Source: Minisyncoccia bacterium
GTDB taxonomy: Bacteria > Patescibacteriota > Minisyncoccia > Phycocordibacterales > UBA918
Direction: 5' to 3'
Assembly (NCBI GenBank): GCA_041742075.1
Contig: JBGSJJ010000005.1
Coordinates: 17,648-81,647 of the forward strand
Length of the DNA stretch: 64,000 nt
Shown: piece by piece, positions 29,383 through 39,451 of the stretch
Numbering within the stretch: the stretch's first letter is position 1
Layout of the letters: the number at the start of each line of letters is the position of its first letter
Notes under the pieces: model-generated
The model's database searches: none
What the model saw: the letters and a program-made list of their open reading frames with translations, nothing else
What the model was told of the DNA's origin: nothing
Made by a program: the position numbers and the translations under genes

Positions 29383-30315
29383 ATGGCTCGAGAAGCGATA
29401 ATAATCCACGGAAAGCGAGTCGGGCGTTTGCGGGCTAGCTGGCTTCTGTTTAAAGAATCATGGCGATTCCTGTCTACTGACCCAGAACTCCTCTGGGTTC
29501 CAGTAATTACATTCTTTATCAACTTGTTCCTACTTGGTTTTTTAATTGGTGCATTTCTGATTGGCACATTGGGGAACCTTGAAGCGTGGCTAGAGGAAGG
29601 AATGAATAGCGTAAAGTATTTATTGGTATTTGGCATATACGTAATTTGTACTTTTAGTGTAGCAATTGCTCAGGCTGCTATTTCGTATATTGTTTTTACC
29701 CGCGCTGAGGGAGGAGACGCTACCCTAAAGCAGGGAATGAAAGTTGCCTTTGCGCATAGTCAAGCGCTTCTTATTTGGGCAGTGATTGCTGGTACTGTTA
29801 GTCTACTTATCCGCTACTTCATTGAAAAATCGCCACTGTTTGGGAAAATTCTCATTTCAATGCTTGGTTTTGCCTGGTCTGTTCTCACGTACTTTGTGGT
29901 GCCGGCGATTGTGCTTGGAAAAAAAGAACCAGTCGTGGCAATCAAGCACTCAGGCAAGTTGTTTACTGAAACCTGGGGTGAGACTGTGGTGAGCAATGTT
30001 ACCCTTGGCCTAGTATTTGTCGTAGCTCATGTTATTGCGTTCACGACCTTTTTTGGACTGGTAGTACTCGGTATGGCATTTAATTCAGCCTTGTTTATTA
30101 TTGGTGCCATTTGTCTAATTTTTATCTGGGTAGTCGCAAGCACAATTGTTTCACAAGTATTAGAGGCAGTCTTAAAAACTCTCCTCTATGTCTACGCGAC
30201 AAAAGAGCCGGTTAAAAACTTTGATGTCGAGTTGCTTGAAAAAATGTTAGTAGTTAAGAACTCTACTATGCCAGTTGCTTCTGTGGCCCCAAGTACAGTG
30301 TCGAGTGTAATCTAA
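29383..30315 (+). CDS. Multi-pass membrane protein (DUF6159-like)
   Basis: ESWRFL..DPELL, TYFVVPAIV and ETWGET motifs. Confidence 0.65.
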   Translation: MAREAIIIHGKRVGRLRASWLLFKESWRFLSTDPELLWVPVITFFINLFLLGFLIGAFLIGTLGNLEAWLEEGMNSVKYLLVFGIYVICTFSVAIAQAAISYIVFTRAEGGDATLKQGMKVAFAHSQALLIWAVIAGTVSLLIRYFIEKSPLFGKILISMLGFAWSVLTYFVVPAIVLGKKEPVVAIKHSGKLFTETWGETVVSNVTLGLVFVVAHVIAFTTFFGLVVLGMAFNSALFIIGAICLIFIWVVASTIVSQVLEAVLKTLLYVYATKEPVKNFDVELLEKMLVVKNSTMPVASVAPSTVSSVI

Positions 30316-30321
30316 TTATGT

Positions 30322-30693
30322 ATGTCAAAAATATACTACAACAAACTAGTACGTGACCAGATTAAAGACAAAATAGAACAGAAGGGTGAGACCTGTGAAG
30401 TGCGAGTCATTACTGATGATGCTGAGCTCGAACAAGAACTGCTTAAAAAAGTAGTTGAAGAGGCCAGTGCACTCGCTCACGCGAAGACTCGCGAAGATTT
30501 CTTATCGGAATATGCTGACCTCATGGTAGTGCTTGATGCCCTTACCAAGCATTTAGAGTTTTCCGAAGCCGATATTAAGTCAGCCATGACAGAGAACGTA
30601 GAACGTAAAGGCTTTTATAAAAATCGACACTTCCTCCACTGGTCAGCTGACGATGGGTACCAAAGTAATGAAACTCCGCAAGGCTTAAAATGA
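30322..30693 (+). CDS. MazG-like / PRA-PH-type nucleoside triphosphate pyrophosphohydrolase
   Basis: YNKLVRDQI, KVVEEA, EYADL and RKGF motifs. Confidence 0.78.
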   Translation: MSKIYYNKLVRDQIKDKIEQKGETCEVRVITDDAELEQELLKKVVEEASALAHAKTREDFLSEYADLMVVLDALTKHLEFSEADIKSAMTENVERKGFYKNRHFLHWSADDGYQSNETPQGLK

Positions 30694-32396
30694 AGTACCT
30701 CAGCTCCTTAGCTGTTTGTTTTCTCTTCTTGTTTCTTTTCGCTCCACTCGCGCTTGCTGAAACGATTCAAAAGTTTGATGCTGTGTACGACATTCAAGAA
30801 GACGGAACCGTGCTAGTGAGAGAGTCGATTTGGTATGACTTCGGTACAGAATCAAGGCGCGGTATTTTCCGTACGCTTGAGACAGACCACCCACAGCCAG
30901 CATCTCGCACTTTCTATAAGCGAAAGGTGGACATAGACGTGCGTGACGTGACACAAAATGGCGAACCCGCTACCTACGACACTACCTATAGCGGAGTGTC
31001 TGTTGAGGTAAAGATAGGTGACCCGGATGTATACCTCACTGGAATTGTTAATTACGAAATTACGTATGTACTCAGGGGAGCGCTCTCCTATGGTACAGAC
31101 GGCGCTGAGTTGTATTGGAACGTTACCGGTAACAACTGGCCTGTAGCTATACAGGAAGTAACAGCACTCGTCTCGGGGGATACTGAAAGTGTTCTGGCTT
31201 CTCAAAGTGCTTGTTATCAAGGCACGTATGGGAGCGATCTTTTCTGCACTGAATTAAGTACTTCAAGCGAAGGAACACTGTTTGTGAGTCGTAACCTCGG
31301 CGCTTATGAGGGTTTGACGATAGCACAAGAAGTAAACCCGGTAGTCGTCAAAGAACTAATTATAGAAAAACCGGTGATAAGTTGGATGCTTTGGGTACTT
31401 GGATTATTGTGGGCGGTTGGACTCTCAATGTGGGCGTGGCGATTTAATCAGGCTAACCGGTCAACCCGTCCGGTAATTGCTCAATACGAACCATATGAAG
31501 GTTTTCTACCGATGTACACGGGAGTCTTGTTTGACAATCGACTTGACCCACAAGACATTACCGCTGGTATTATCTACTTAGCTGAGCAGGGTTTTATCAC
31601 TATTAAAAAGACCGAACAAAAAGTACTGTGGGTTTTTAATACGACTGATTATGAACTTACGCTTAAGCGTGAACTGGCAGAAGTACCGACGGATTTTCTT
31701 AAGGTAATTATGGAGTTATTGTTTGAAGCCAGCGCGCCAGTTTCTACAACAGTACTACTCTCTGGGCTGGCTAAAAATCGCGAAGCCAACAGCAAGCTAG
31801 TCCTGAAACTTCAGGCGAGCCTGAGAACAGACTTGCTAGCGCAAGGCTTTCTCGAATCAAAGTATGGTGCTACAGCTCGGAGTATAGCTAAAGCCTTTGT
31901 TTTAGTTTGGCTCCCGGCGTTGACACTGTTTTGGTACCTCGGAGGCTTGGACGGCTCGATAATTGCACTGATTGTCATTGTGTCGGTGGTTACGCTCATT
32001 ATCTATGTCCTCGCGAGTTATAACCGTCGGTCCCTGAAGGGGCATGAAGCGTTGAATCACCTAGAAGGTTTTAAATTGTTTTTATCAGTCACTGAAAAAG
32101 ACCGGCTTGAGTTCCATAATGCGCCAGAAAAAAGCCCGGAACTCTTCATGAAGTTTCTACCGTATGCGATTGCACTTAAGATGGAAGAAAAATGGTCAAA
32201 GGTTTTTGAAGGTATCACTATTCCGACTCCTGATTGGTACCAGGGAGGAAACATTGGCACGTTTTCTGCAGTAGCCTTCACAAGTGACGTGAGCGCCTTC
32301 TCGACGTCGTTTTCAAGCTCCTCCGGCACGAGTGGCTCAAGTGGCGGAGGTTCAAGTGGCGGTGGAGGTGGTGGCGGTGGAGGTGGCTCTTGGTAA
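30690..32396 (+). CDS. DUF2207 membrane protein
   Basis: RRGIFR, ELYWNVTGNNW and LPYAIAL motifs; Gly/Ser tail ending GGGSW. Confidence 0.9.
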   Translation: MKYLSSLAVCFLFLFLFAPLALAETIQKFDAVYDIQEDGTVLVRESIWYDFGTESRRGIFRTLETDHPQPASRTFYKRKVDIDVRDVTQNGEPATYDTTYSGVSVEVKIGDPDVYLTGIVNYEITYVLRGALSYGTDGAELYWNVTGNNWPVAIQEVTALVSGDTESVLASQSACYQGTYGSDLFCTELSTSSEGTLFVSRNLGAYEGLTIAQEVNPVVVKELIIEKPVISWMLWVLGLLWAVGLSMWAWRFNQANRSTRPVIAQYEPYEGFLPMYTGVLFDNRLDPQDITAGIIYLAEQGFITIKKTEQKVLWVFNTTDYELTLKRELAEVPTDFLKVIMELLFEASAPVSTTVLLSGLAKNREANSKLVLKLQASLRTDLLAQGFLESKYGATARSIAKAFVLVWLPALTLFWYLGGLDGSIIALIVIVSVVTLIIYVLASYNRRSLKGHEALNHLEGFKLFLSVTEKDRLEFHNAPEKSPELFMKFLPYAIALKMEEKWSKVFEGITIPTPDWYQGGNIGTFSAVAFTSDVSAFSTSFSSSSGTSGSSGGGSSGGGGGGGGGGSW

Positions 32397-32521
32397 GAGT
32401 TTTGTAAAAATAGCGATCTGCTTTGTCGCACTTCGTTCGCAAATGCTCATCGTATGTTCAATACGCCTCGCATCCGCTTGCTCGTACTTCGCGCATCTCA
32501 TCAATTTTTACAAAGCTCTTT
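32394..32521 (+). repeat. ERIC-like palindromic element, copy 2, starting in the DUF2207 stop codon
   Basis: Terminal inverted repeats AAGAGTTTTGTAAAAAT / ATTTTTACAAAGCTCTT; about 128 bp. Confidence 0.65.
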
Positions 32522-32591
32522 CGTCAGCGTTAAAACTATGCACAAATCGTAAAGGTTGAGATATTGACACGTGCGGTATAATTGAATCTAT

Positions 32592-33488
32592 ATGGCAACA
32601 CTATACACACAACAGGGAAGTAATATACGCAAAACCTGGTTACTCATGGGGGCGTTCTTAGTAATGGTTATCGCGATTGGTTATGCTGCGTCATGGTACT
32701 TAGGTAACCCATTTGTGATGTATATTGCTATCGCTTTTGCGCTCATTATGAACGTCACCAGCTACTGGTTTTCTGACAAGATAGTACTGAGTATGACAAA
32801 CGCCAAGCAGATACAAAAGGCTGATCACCCTGAGTATTGGAATATTGTCGAAAACCTCTCTATCACTACCGGTCTACCAATGCCGAAGGTGTATATCGTC
32901 GAAGACCCATCTCCAAACGCGTTTGCAACCGGACGAAACCCAGAGCACGCAGTTGTCGCTGCGACGACCGGTCTACTTACCATGCTCAATAAAAACGAAA
33001 TTGAGGGAGTAATGGCGCACGAAATGGCGCACATCGGTAACCGAGACATGCTCGTGATGACGGTGGCGGTGGTGCTAGCTGGCTTTGCTGCTCTTCTGGC
33101 CGACTTCTTTATGCGGGCGACGATGATGGGCGGGGACAACCGTGACCGCAGTCCGATTTTTCTGATCCTTGCTATTGTCGGTATTATTCTGGCACCAATT
33201 GCTGCTCAGCTTATCCAGCTGGCGGTCTCGCGTCGTCGTGAGTACTTAGCTGACGCCACGGCCGCTCTCACTACTCGCTACCCGGAGGGCTTAGCTTCGG
33301 CGCTTGAGAAGATAAGCGGGAGTAACATCCAGATGAAGCATGCATCACACGCCACGGCCCACTTGTTTATTGCTGACCCGTATGAAGATACGCATAAGCG
33401 CTCGATTGGGTCTCGGATTGGTGGTTTGTTTCAAACCCACCCACCAGCTGAACTCCGTATTGCGAAACTACGTGAGATGAGTCTCTAA
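32592..33488 (+). CDS. htpX: HtpX-like M48 zinc metalloprotease
   Basis: PNAFATGRNP, AHEMAH, SRRREYLAD and THPP motifs. Confidence 0.94.
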   Translation: MATLYTQQGSNIRKTWLLMGAFLVMVIAIGYAASWYLGNPFVMYIAIAFALIMNVTSYWFSDKIVLSMTNAKQIQKADHPEYWNIVENLSITTGLPMPKVYIVEDPSPNAFATGRNPEHAVVAATTGLLTMLNKNEIEGVMAHEMAHIGNRDMLVMTVAVVLAGFAALLADFFMRATMMGGDNRDRSPIFLILAIVGIILAPIAAQLIQLAVSRRREYLADATAALTTRYPEGLASALEKISGSNIQMKHASHATAHLFIADPYEDTHKRSIGSRIGGLFQTHPPAELRIAKLREMSL

Positions 33489-33538
33489 AAGCAGTCCTAC
33501 CTAGTGAATATAGGTAAAATATTTGCGATAATAAAGAC

Positions 33539-34321
33539 ATGAATAAAAACCTTGTCATTGCGATAGTGATTACCTTCGTGCTAATCGGTATTGCAGTTGT
33601 GGTTGGTAATACAAACAAAAAAGACGCTGAAATTGCTCAAGTAGCAACGGAAGAGGTGATTGGTGAAAGTACGGTGTTTTATGCCGAGTATGATCCATCA
33701 GTTACCTTTGAAATTATTTTTGCAGAGGAACTGGCTAAGTTCGTTGGCAGTGACTTAGACGGAATAATTCTTACTCAAGTAGAAAGTGCTTCTGGTGCAA
33801 AGTATGAAAATAAGGAGGCTAATGTGGCAGTTTGGAATAAGGGCTCTCAAGTTACTATTTATAAAAACGATATAGAAATCTTCACGGGTATAGAAGGGGA
33901 AGCGCCTCCGGTAGTTGAGCCAGAAACTTCAACCACTACTGCTGAAGTCGATGAACGGTTGACTGCTTCAAACTGGGTTTGGAGTAAAACCGAGATTAAT
34001 GATGGGAGGGTCCTTGAGCCGTCTACACCAGGCGCGTTTATACTCTCGTTTGCTAAAGACGGTACCGTACGTCTAAAAACTGACTGCAATAGCTTTTCCG
34101 GTATGTATACAGCCACTCTAACAAGTGTAAAAATATCCTCACTTGGCGGTACCGAGATGGCCTGTGCGGAAACGAACGAAACTGACCTGACGAGGTCACT
34201 CATTGACCCAATGGAATTTTTCTTTACCGAAGCCGGCGACTTGGTCCTTCAGATACCCTACGATTCTGGCTCAATTATTTTCACGAAGGAGGGTGGAGTA
34301 GTGGATGCCGAGTCAGTTTAA
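33539..34321 (+). CDS. Membrane-anchored protein with MliC-like and META domains
   Basis: QVESASGAKY..VWNKG (MliC); TDCNSFSG..TEMAC (META). Confidence 0.75.
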   Translation: MNKNLVIAIVITFVLIGIAVVVGNTNKKDAEIAQVATEEVIGESTVFYAEYDPSVTFEIIFAEELAKFVGSDLDGIILTQVESASGAKYENKEANVAVWNKGSQVTIYKNDIEIFTGIEGEAPPVVEPETSTTTAEVDERLTASNWVWSKTEINDGRVLEPSTPGAFILSFAKDGTVRLKTDCNSFSGMYTATLTSVKISSLGGTEMACAETNETDLTRSLIDPMEFFFTEAGDLVLQIPYDSGSIIFTKEGGVVDAESV

Positions 34322-34866
34322 GTCTTTGGTAAAAACTTGCTGTGAATTTCGGAGCTTTTAATTTTGGTGAATGTCTCAAGAAACAAAAGGTCACGTGCAA
34401 CAATAAATGTACCTATGTAGTCAGTTGGTTTACTTTCTCTAAGTAATGAAATTGCGTTGTCGAGCGATACCCATAGCGGTATAAGACCAATTTCTTTTTC
34501 TCCCTCTTCAAGCTGTGTCTCGTGTATGTCACCAACAACCTTAGCTTCAAAGCAGTATGAGACTTGAAGGAGATTAATTTGATTTCTATACTCAATTGTT
34601 ACACCTATTTCATTCACTACATTACAATCACAACCAGCCTCCTCCAGAACTTCACGTCTGAGCGTAGTTTCGATATTTTCACCGTGCTCAATTCCACCGC
34701 CAGGGAGTTTGTAGTGGTTAAGCTTTGAGATATGTTGGAAAGAAATCTGATTTTGATCATTGAACAAAATTGCTCGAGCAGCTTTTCTAAGTTTGTATGG
34801 TTTGTCAAAATACTCATTAGTACCAATGCCAAGTGATGCATCAGTAATTTCTTTAATTAATTCCAT
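34318..34866 (-). CDS. NUDIX hydrolase
   Basis: Nudix box LPGGGIEHGENIETTLRREVLEEAG. Confidence 0.9.
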   Translation of the reverse strand: MELIKEITDASLGIGTNEYFDKPYKLRKAARAILFNDQNQISFQHISKLNHYKLPGGGIEHGENIETTLRREVLEEAGCDCNVVNEIGVTIEYRNQINLLQVSYCFEAKVVGDIHETQLEEGEKEIGLIPLWVSLDNAISLLRESKPTDYIGTFIVARDLLFLETFTKIKSSEIHSKFLPKT

Positions 34867-35069
34867 ATAATTTAGTATAACTCTTAAATAGTCGAGTATA
34901 TTTAGTGGAGGTGCAAAGGGGGGGATTCGATTCTTACAGAATCTGTGCAGCGTTTGGATATTTTAATTCACTTTGTTCTTAAAATATCTCAAACCGCTTT
35001 TCAAATCCTGGCAACGGATTTTTTCAAAATCCTGCCACCCACCCTCCACTCGTTCGTTGCACTTACTCG

Positions 35070-35156
35070 CGGAGGGTGGGGGATTTGAACCCCCGATCAG
35101 GTTACCCCAATACCGCCTTTCCAAGGCGGCGCACTAGACCACTATGCGAACCCTCC
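35070..35156 (-). tRNA. tRNA-Ser (anticodon GGA), CCA not encoded
   Basis: GGAGGGT acceptor stem, anticodon arm CCGCC-TTGGAAA-GGCGG, long variable arm, GGTTCAAATCC T-arm, G discriminator. Confidence 0.95.
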
Positions 35157-35331
35157 AATTTATTAAACCTAACTGTAGGATTCGATAGTGGTCTAGTTGA
35201 CTAGTCCTCCTCGCTTCACTCGGATGAATATGTACCCCATACATATTCATCCACTATGCGAACCCTCCAATGTTTAGCACTGCATCATACCGTATTTTTA
35301 TGGGCTATGAAAATACTGGTATACTTATAGT

Positions 35332-35850
35332 ATGGAATTAGCGACCAAACCTCAAAAACAACTGATTGTAGCCACGTTTCTTTTCGGCTTTTTTACTGGC
35401 GCGTACCTGTACGTAACAGTGTTTGCACCAGCGTATAGTGACGGTATAGTGCCAGACCTTAGGTCAAGTTCAAAAGATAACGACTTCAATATCCAGGCCA
35501 CGCAGTACGGTGCCTGTCTTCAGTCTGGTCTTACCTGTCCAACCTATGAACTAGATGCTAGAGGTATGTTGCGCGCTTTGCCAGGAGTACCACTGGATGA
35601 AGAAGATATTCTGGTAGAGATAGAACTCACCTCTGCTGATATGCGTCTTGTAAAGAACGCAGTAAGAGAGGCAACACTTGAAGCGTATGCCGCCACGAGT
35701 GATCGTGAGGATTGTGCACAGGTGGAGAGTAATGAGTATCGGTACATGATTACCAATGGGGCTGACACCTATACGCTTGATACTTGTCGGACTGACTTTG
35801 ATAAGACAAGTGAACTGCAGGAGGTGCTTGAAGCCCTTTTTGAAGAATAA
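35332..35850 (+). CDS. Hypothetical membrane-anchored protein
   Basis: N-terminal TM, 4 Cys; TATACT 6 nt upstream of the ATG (leaderless-type start). Confidence 0.7.
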   Translation: MELATKPQKQLIVATFLFGFFTGAYLYVTVFAPAYSDGIVPDLRSSSKDNDFNIQATQYGACLQSGLTCPTYELDARGMLRALPGVPLDEEDILVEIELTSADMRLVKNAVREATLEAYAATSDREDCAQVESNEYRYMITNGADTYTLDTCRTDFDKTSELQEVLEALFEE

Positions 35851-35868
35851 AGTGATAGAATAGAAGAT

Positions 35869-36501
35869 ATGAAATGGTACGCTTGCACGTTCCTTCCTTT
35901 ACTCATCCTTATGTGGGCATTCCCAGTCTGGGGAGCAGAGTTTGTGTCGCCTCAGTCGAGTACCGACTTAGTGGTGATAGACCATGAGAAGCCTGGCATG
36001 TGGTATTTTGGTACCTTGGACGACGCGCCCCACACCTTCATGCTGTACTTGGATGAGACCAAAGAAGTGAAACTGCAAGTACTGGTACCAGCTCGCGGGG
36101 GAGCTGAAGCACAGACAAAAGGAGCGATTATTGTGAAGCAAGCAACACGTGGGGTAGATGAAGTCGCGCGGCTAAAAGCCGAAACGGCCTCGTGGGATCC
36201 TTTTACGGACTGGATCACCGCTGACCGGTATGTGCGCGGGGCAGAATTTAACGGGAGTCTTGATAGTGGGGTCTATATTATAGAAGTGCATAGCCCGGAC
36301 AATCTCGGTCCCTATGTGCTCACCTATGGTACTGGTGGTAGTCTTTCTGGCTATAATTACTTTAAGAACCTCGCTCAGGTCTATCATATAAAACAAAGTA
36401 ACGGCTCGCCGATAGTCTGGATGATTTTGTCGCCCCTGGTGTATATACCACTTGTCCTACTTGCAATCGGGCTTTGGTGGTATCGAAAAAAATATGCTTA
36501 A
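35869..36501 (+). CDS. Hypothetical secreted protein with C-terminal TM anchor
   Basis: Signal peptide; C-terminal TM followed by RKK. Confidence 0.7.
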   Translation: MKWYACTFLPLLILMWAFPVWGAEFVSPQSSTDLVVIDHEKPGMWYFGTLDDAPHTFMLYLDETKEVKLQVLVPARGGAEAQTKGAIIVKQATRGVDEVARLKAETASWDPFTDWITADRYVRGAEFNGSLDSGVYIIEVHSPDNLGPYVLTYGTGGSLSGYNYFKNLAQVYHIKQSNGSPIVWMILSPLVYIPLVLLAIGLWWYRKKYA

Positions 36502-36580
36502 ACTATTAGTTATTGTCATTGCCGGAGTTATCTTTTACTACTTTGCGTTTAGTGCTTTGGTAGGTTACGCACCGTGGTAA
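36494..36580 (+). CDS. Possible 28-aa membrane peptide (MLKLLVIVIAGVIFYYFAFSALVGYAPW)
   Basis: Overlaps both neighbours by a few nt, as in translational coupling; single TM. Confidence 0.4.
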   Translation: MLKLLVIVIAGVIFYYFAFSALVGYAPW

Positions 36581-36843
36581 AAAAAACTCCCGTAAAGCCT
36601 TGGTTTGTGTACGTGCTTCGCTGTGCGGATGATTCGCTGTATACCGGTATAACGACTGACCTTGTCCGTCGCGAGAAGGAGCACAATACGGCTAAAGTCG
36701 GCGCCAAGTACACCAGAATGCGTCGCCCGGTTACGGTGGTCTATAGTGAACGGTTTAAAAGTCGGAGTGAAGCGGGAGTACGTGAGGCGGCTTTAAAGAA
36801 GTTATCACGGCTAGAAAAGATAGAACTGCTCGACAAAAAGTGA
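36574..36843 (+). CDS. GIY-YIG nuclease family protein (UPF0213)
   Basis: WFVYVLRCADDSLYTGITTD..RR..EHN..GAKYT. Confidence 0.92.
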   Translation: MVKKTPVKPWFVYVLRCADDSLYTGITTDLVRREKEHNTAKVGAKYTRMRRPVTVVYSERFKSRSEAGVREAALKKLSRLEKIELLDKK

Positions 36844-36912
36844 TTTTGTAGTATGATGTCGGGGCATTTGAGTGCTCACTCCAGCACTCCTTTTTAATTT
36901 ATAAAACCCTGT

Positions 36913-38697
36913 ATGTCACAAGAAATTCGTAATATTGCAATTATCGCCCACGTAGACCATGGCAAGACCACCCTCACTGATGCTCTGATGGAGCAGACAG
37001 GAGCGCGTGAGAAGAATGCGTCTATGGACAGTAACGCGCTTGAGCAAGAGCGTGGTATTACAATTTACGCAAAAAACACCTCAATTGAGTACAAGGGTAC
37101 CAAAATCAACATTGTGGATACACCAGGTCACGCCGACTTCGGTTCTGAGGTAGAACGTGTTCTTCGCTCTATCGACTGTGTACTTTTGGTGGTAGACGCG
37201 CAGGAAGGACCAATGCCACAAACTCGCTTTGTGCTTAAGAAGTCTATCGAACTTGGCCTCAAGCCAATTGTAGTCATAAATAAAATCGACAAGCCAGCCG
37301 CTGATCCAGAAAAGTGTGAAGAGCAAGTACTTGAACTCTTTTTGGAACTTGGTGCGACTGATGAACAGTGCGACTTTACGCCAGTGTATGCGATTGGTCG
37401 CGAGGGTGTTGCTAAGCGAAAGATGGAAGATGAACTGAAGGATCTTTCGCCACTCATGGACGTGATTCTTGAAAAGGTTCCACCGGCTCGAGCGTATGTA
37501 GAGGGTGAAGCTCTCCGCGCGCAGGTGTTTAACCTTGGGTATGATAGTTTCCTTGGACGTCTCGCCGTCGCGCGTATTTACGAAGGAAAAATTCTCGCTG
37601 GCGCCCAACTTCTCATGAAGCATGAGGAAGAGCCAACGCGAAAGGGAAAGGTGGTGAAGCTTTCAACCTTCAAAGGTATTTCTAAAGTCGAGGCACCAGA
37701 AGCATTTGCCGGCGATATTGTGATGATTGCCGGTTTTGCTGACATCAACATCGGTGACACGCTTACCGACAGTGAGACAGCCGAGCCACTCCCAGCTATT
37801 AAGGTAGACGAACCAACGATTGCACTGCAGTTTATGCCAAACAGTTCTCCGTTTGCCGGACGAGAAGGGAAGTTTGTGACGTCGAGGCAGATTCGTGAAC
37901 GACTCGAGAAGGAGCTTGAAATTAACGTTGGTCTGCAAGTAGACTTTGTGTCCGGCGATAGTTTTGAAGTGCGCGGACGCGGTGAAATGCATATTTCTAT
38001 TCTCCTTGAAAACATGCGACGAGAAGGCTACGAGCTCGCGGTTTCTCAACCACGCGTAATTATTAAAGAAGAAGACGGACACAAGATGGAGCCGTTTGAA
38101 GAAGTGACTATCGACGTACCGTCACAGTACCAAGGAGCAGTGATTGAACGACTTGGTACCCGAGGTTTCATTATGACCAACATGGTAACGCATGAAAACC
38201 AGGTGCGACTCACTTTTGAAGGTCCAACCCGCGGTATCTTAGGCTACAAGAACCAGTTTATTGTGGACACGAAGGGTGAAGGAATCTTGGCTTCACGTGT
38301 GCTCGGCTTCCGTCCATACGCCGGAGAGATTCAGAAGCGTGTAGTGGGCTCAATGATTTCGATGGTGCAGGGCAAGGCGCTTGCTTTCGGACTGTTTGGT
38401 CTTCAGGACCGTGGACAGCTCTACATCGGTGCTGGTGCTGAAGTGTATGAAGGTATGGTGATTGGTAACACGAGTAAGGGTGAAGAAATGACCGTAAACC
38501 CAACTAAGGGTAAACAGCTTACCAACATGCGAGCTTCAGGGAGCGATGACGCGATTACACTCGTACCACCAAAGCTTCTTACGATTGAAGTGGGGCTCGA
38601 AATTATGGCAGACGATGAGTTTCTCGAAGTGACGCCACAGAACGTCCGACTTCGAAAGTCAAAGCTCAAAGAAGGTGAACGAAAGCGGGGGACCTAA
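36913..38697 (+). CDS. typA: Translational GTPase TypA/BipA
   Basis: AHVDHGKTT, ERGITI, DTPGHADF, NKID and EVTPQNVRLRK motifs. Confidence 0.97.
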   Translation: MSQEIRNIAIIAHVDHGKTTLTDALMEQTGAREKNASMDSNALEQERGITIYAKNTSIEYKGTKINIVDTPGHADFGSEVERVLRSIDCVLLVVDAQEGPMPQTRFVLKKSIELGLKPIVVINKIDKPAADPEKCEEQVLELFLELGATDEQCDFTPVYAIGREGVAKRKMEDELKDLSPLMDVILEKVPPARAYVEGEALRAQVFNLGYDSFLGRLAVARIYEGKILAGAQLLMKHEEEPTRKGKVVKLSTFKGISKVEAPEAFAGDIVMIAGFADINIGDTLTDSETAEPLPAIKVDEPTIALQFMPNSSPFAGREGKFVTSRQIRERLEKELEINVGLQVDFVSGDSFEVRGRGEMHISILLENMRREGYELAVSQPRVIIKEEDGHKMEPFEEVTIDVPSQYQGAVIERLGTRGFIMTNMVTHENQVRLTFEGPTRGILGYKNQFIVDTKGEGILASRVLGFRPYAGEIQKRVVGSMISMVQGKALAFGLFGLQDRGQLYIGAGAEVYEGMVIGNTSKGEEMTVNPTKGKQLTNMRASGSDDAITLVPPKLLTIEVGLEIMADDEFLEVTPQNVRLRKSKLKEGERKRGT

Positions 38698-38719
38698 GAC
38701 GAACACCTCTTGCTACAAG

Positions 38720-38752
38720 AAACCGGCAGTACCCATGGGTACTGCCGGTTTT
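38720..38752 (+). terminator. Terminator of typA
   Basis: AAACCGGCAGTACCCATGGGTACTGCCGGTTTT palindrome. Confidence 0.8.
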
Positions 38753-38841
38753 CAGTTTGGAACACTTTCTTTAAGTTGTATGCTATTGCCAATTGACAAA
38801 TTTGTTATATAGTGTGAATCGGATGTCTTGGAGGATGAACA

Positions 38842-39333
38842 GTGACAAATACTGCTCGTACAGTCGATGATGCTATTTTTGATACTCCACGGATTGGTTT
38901 ACAGAAGCTTGCCAGTTGTGTGGAGTATTACTCTAACCTCTCACCTAAGGTGTTTGGAAGAATTATGTTTATGCTTGGTGGAGCAATTTCAGTTACCTAC
39001 ACTCTGGGTCAGTATCAGATTTTGCATGAAGTAAAAGATCTAAGGCAACTGGTTTTGCACTGCCTCGTGATGATTGTGTTTTTTATCCGAGTTGAAAGAG
39101 TTAGTAATCGAGTTAAACTCAGGGCAACTCGAAACGCTTTGCGAGCGTCTCCGGCTGAAATGTACTTGAGATTATATTTTATAACTGGAACAGTTGTATT
39201 TTCTCTACTGATTCCACCAGCAAACTCTGCAATTAGTATCGGTTTAATCCTACTTCATTACTTCATAGCATGTGATTCACTTCCGCCGCATATGCGATTT
39301 CAATGGCGCAAAATAAACACACAACGCGCCTAA
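38842..39333 (+). CDS. Orphan membrane protein with strong SD
   Basis: GGAGG 7 nt upstream of the GTG; about 4 TM. Confidence 0.65.
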   Translation: MTNTARTVDDAIFDTPRIGLQKLASCVEYYSNLSPKVFGRIMFMLGGAISVTYTLGQYQILHEVKDLRQLVLHCLVMIVFFIRVERVSNRVKLRATRNALRASPAEMYLRLYFITGTVVFSLLIPPANSAISIGLILLHYFIACDSLPPHMRFQWRKINTQRA

Positions 39334-39451
39334 CTCTTTGCGTCACCTGTCATGGGTGGCGCTTTCATATTTTAAAAACTTATGCACCTCCCATAGATGC
39401 ATAGTATAGTTTGTAGCAGTACGATTATAGATATTGGTCTAAGCACATGCT

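Noticed and set aside
34318-35156. Integrated island or prophage at tRNA-Ser
   Set aside because: No integrase or phage genes; the duplicated tRNA ends enclose only about 140 bp
36574-36843. GIY-YIG protein as a homing endonuclease or mobile element
   Set aside because: 89-aa stand-alone UPF0213 type, with no intron or terminal repeats
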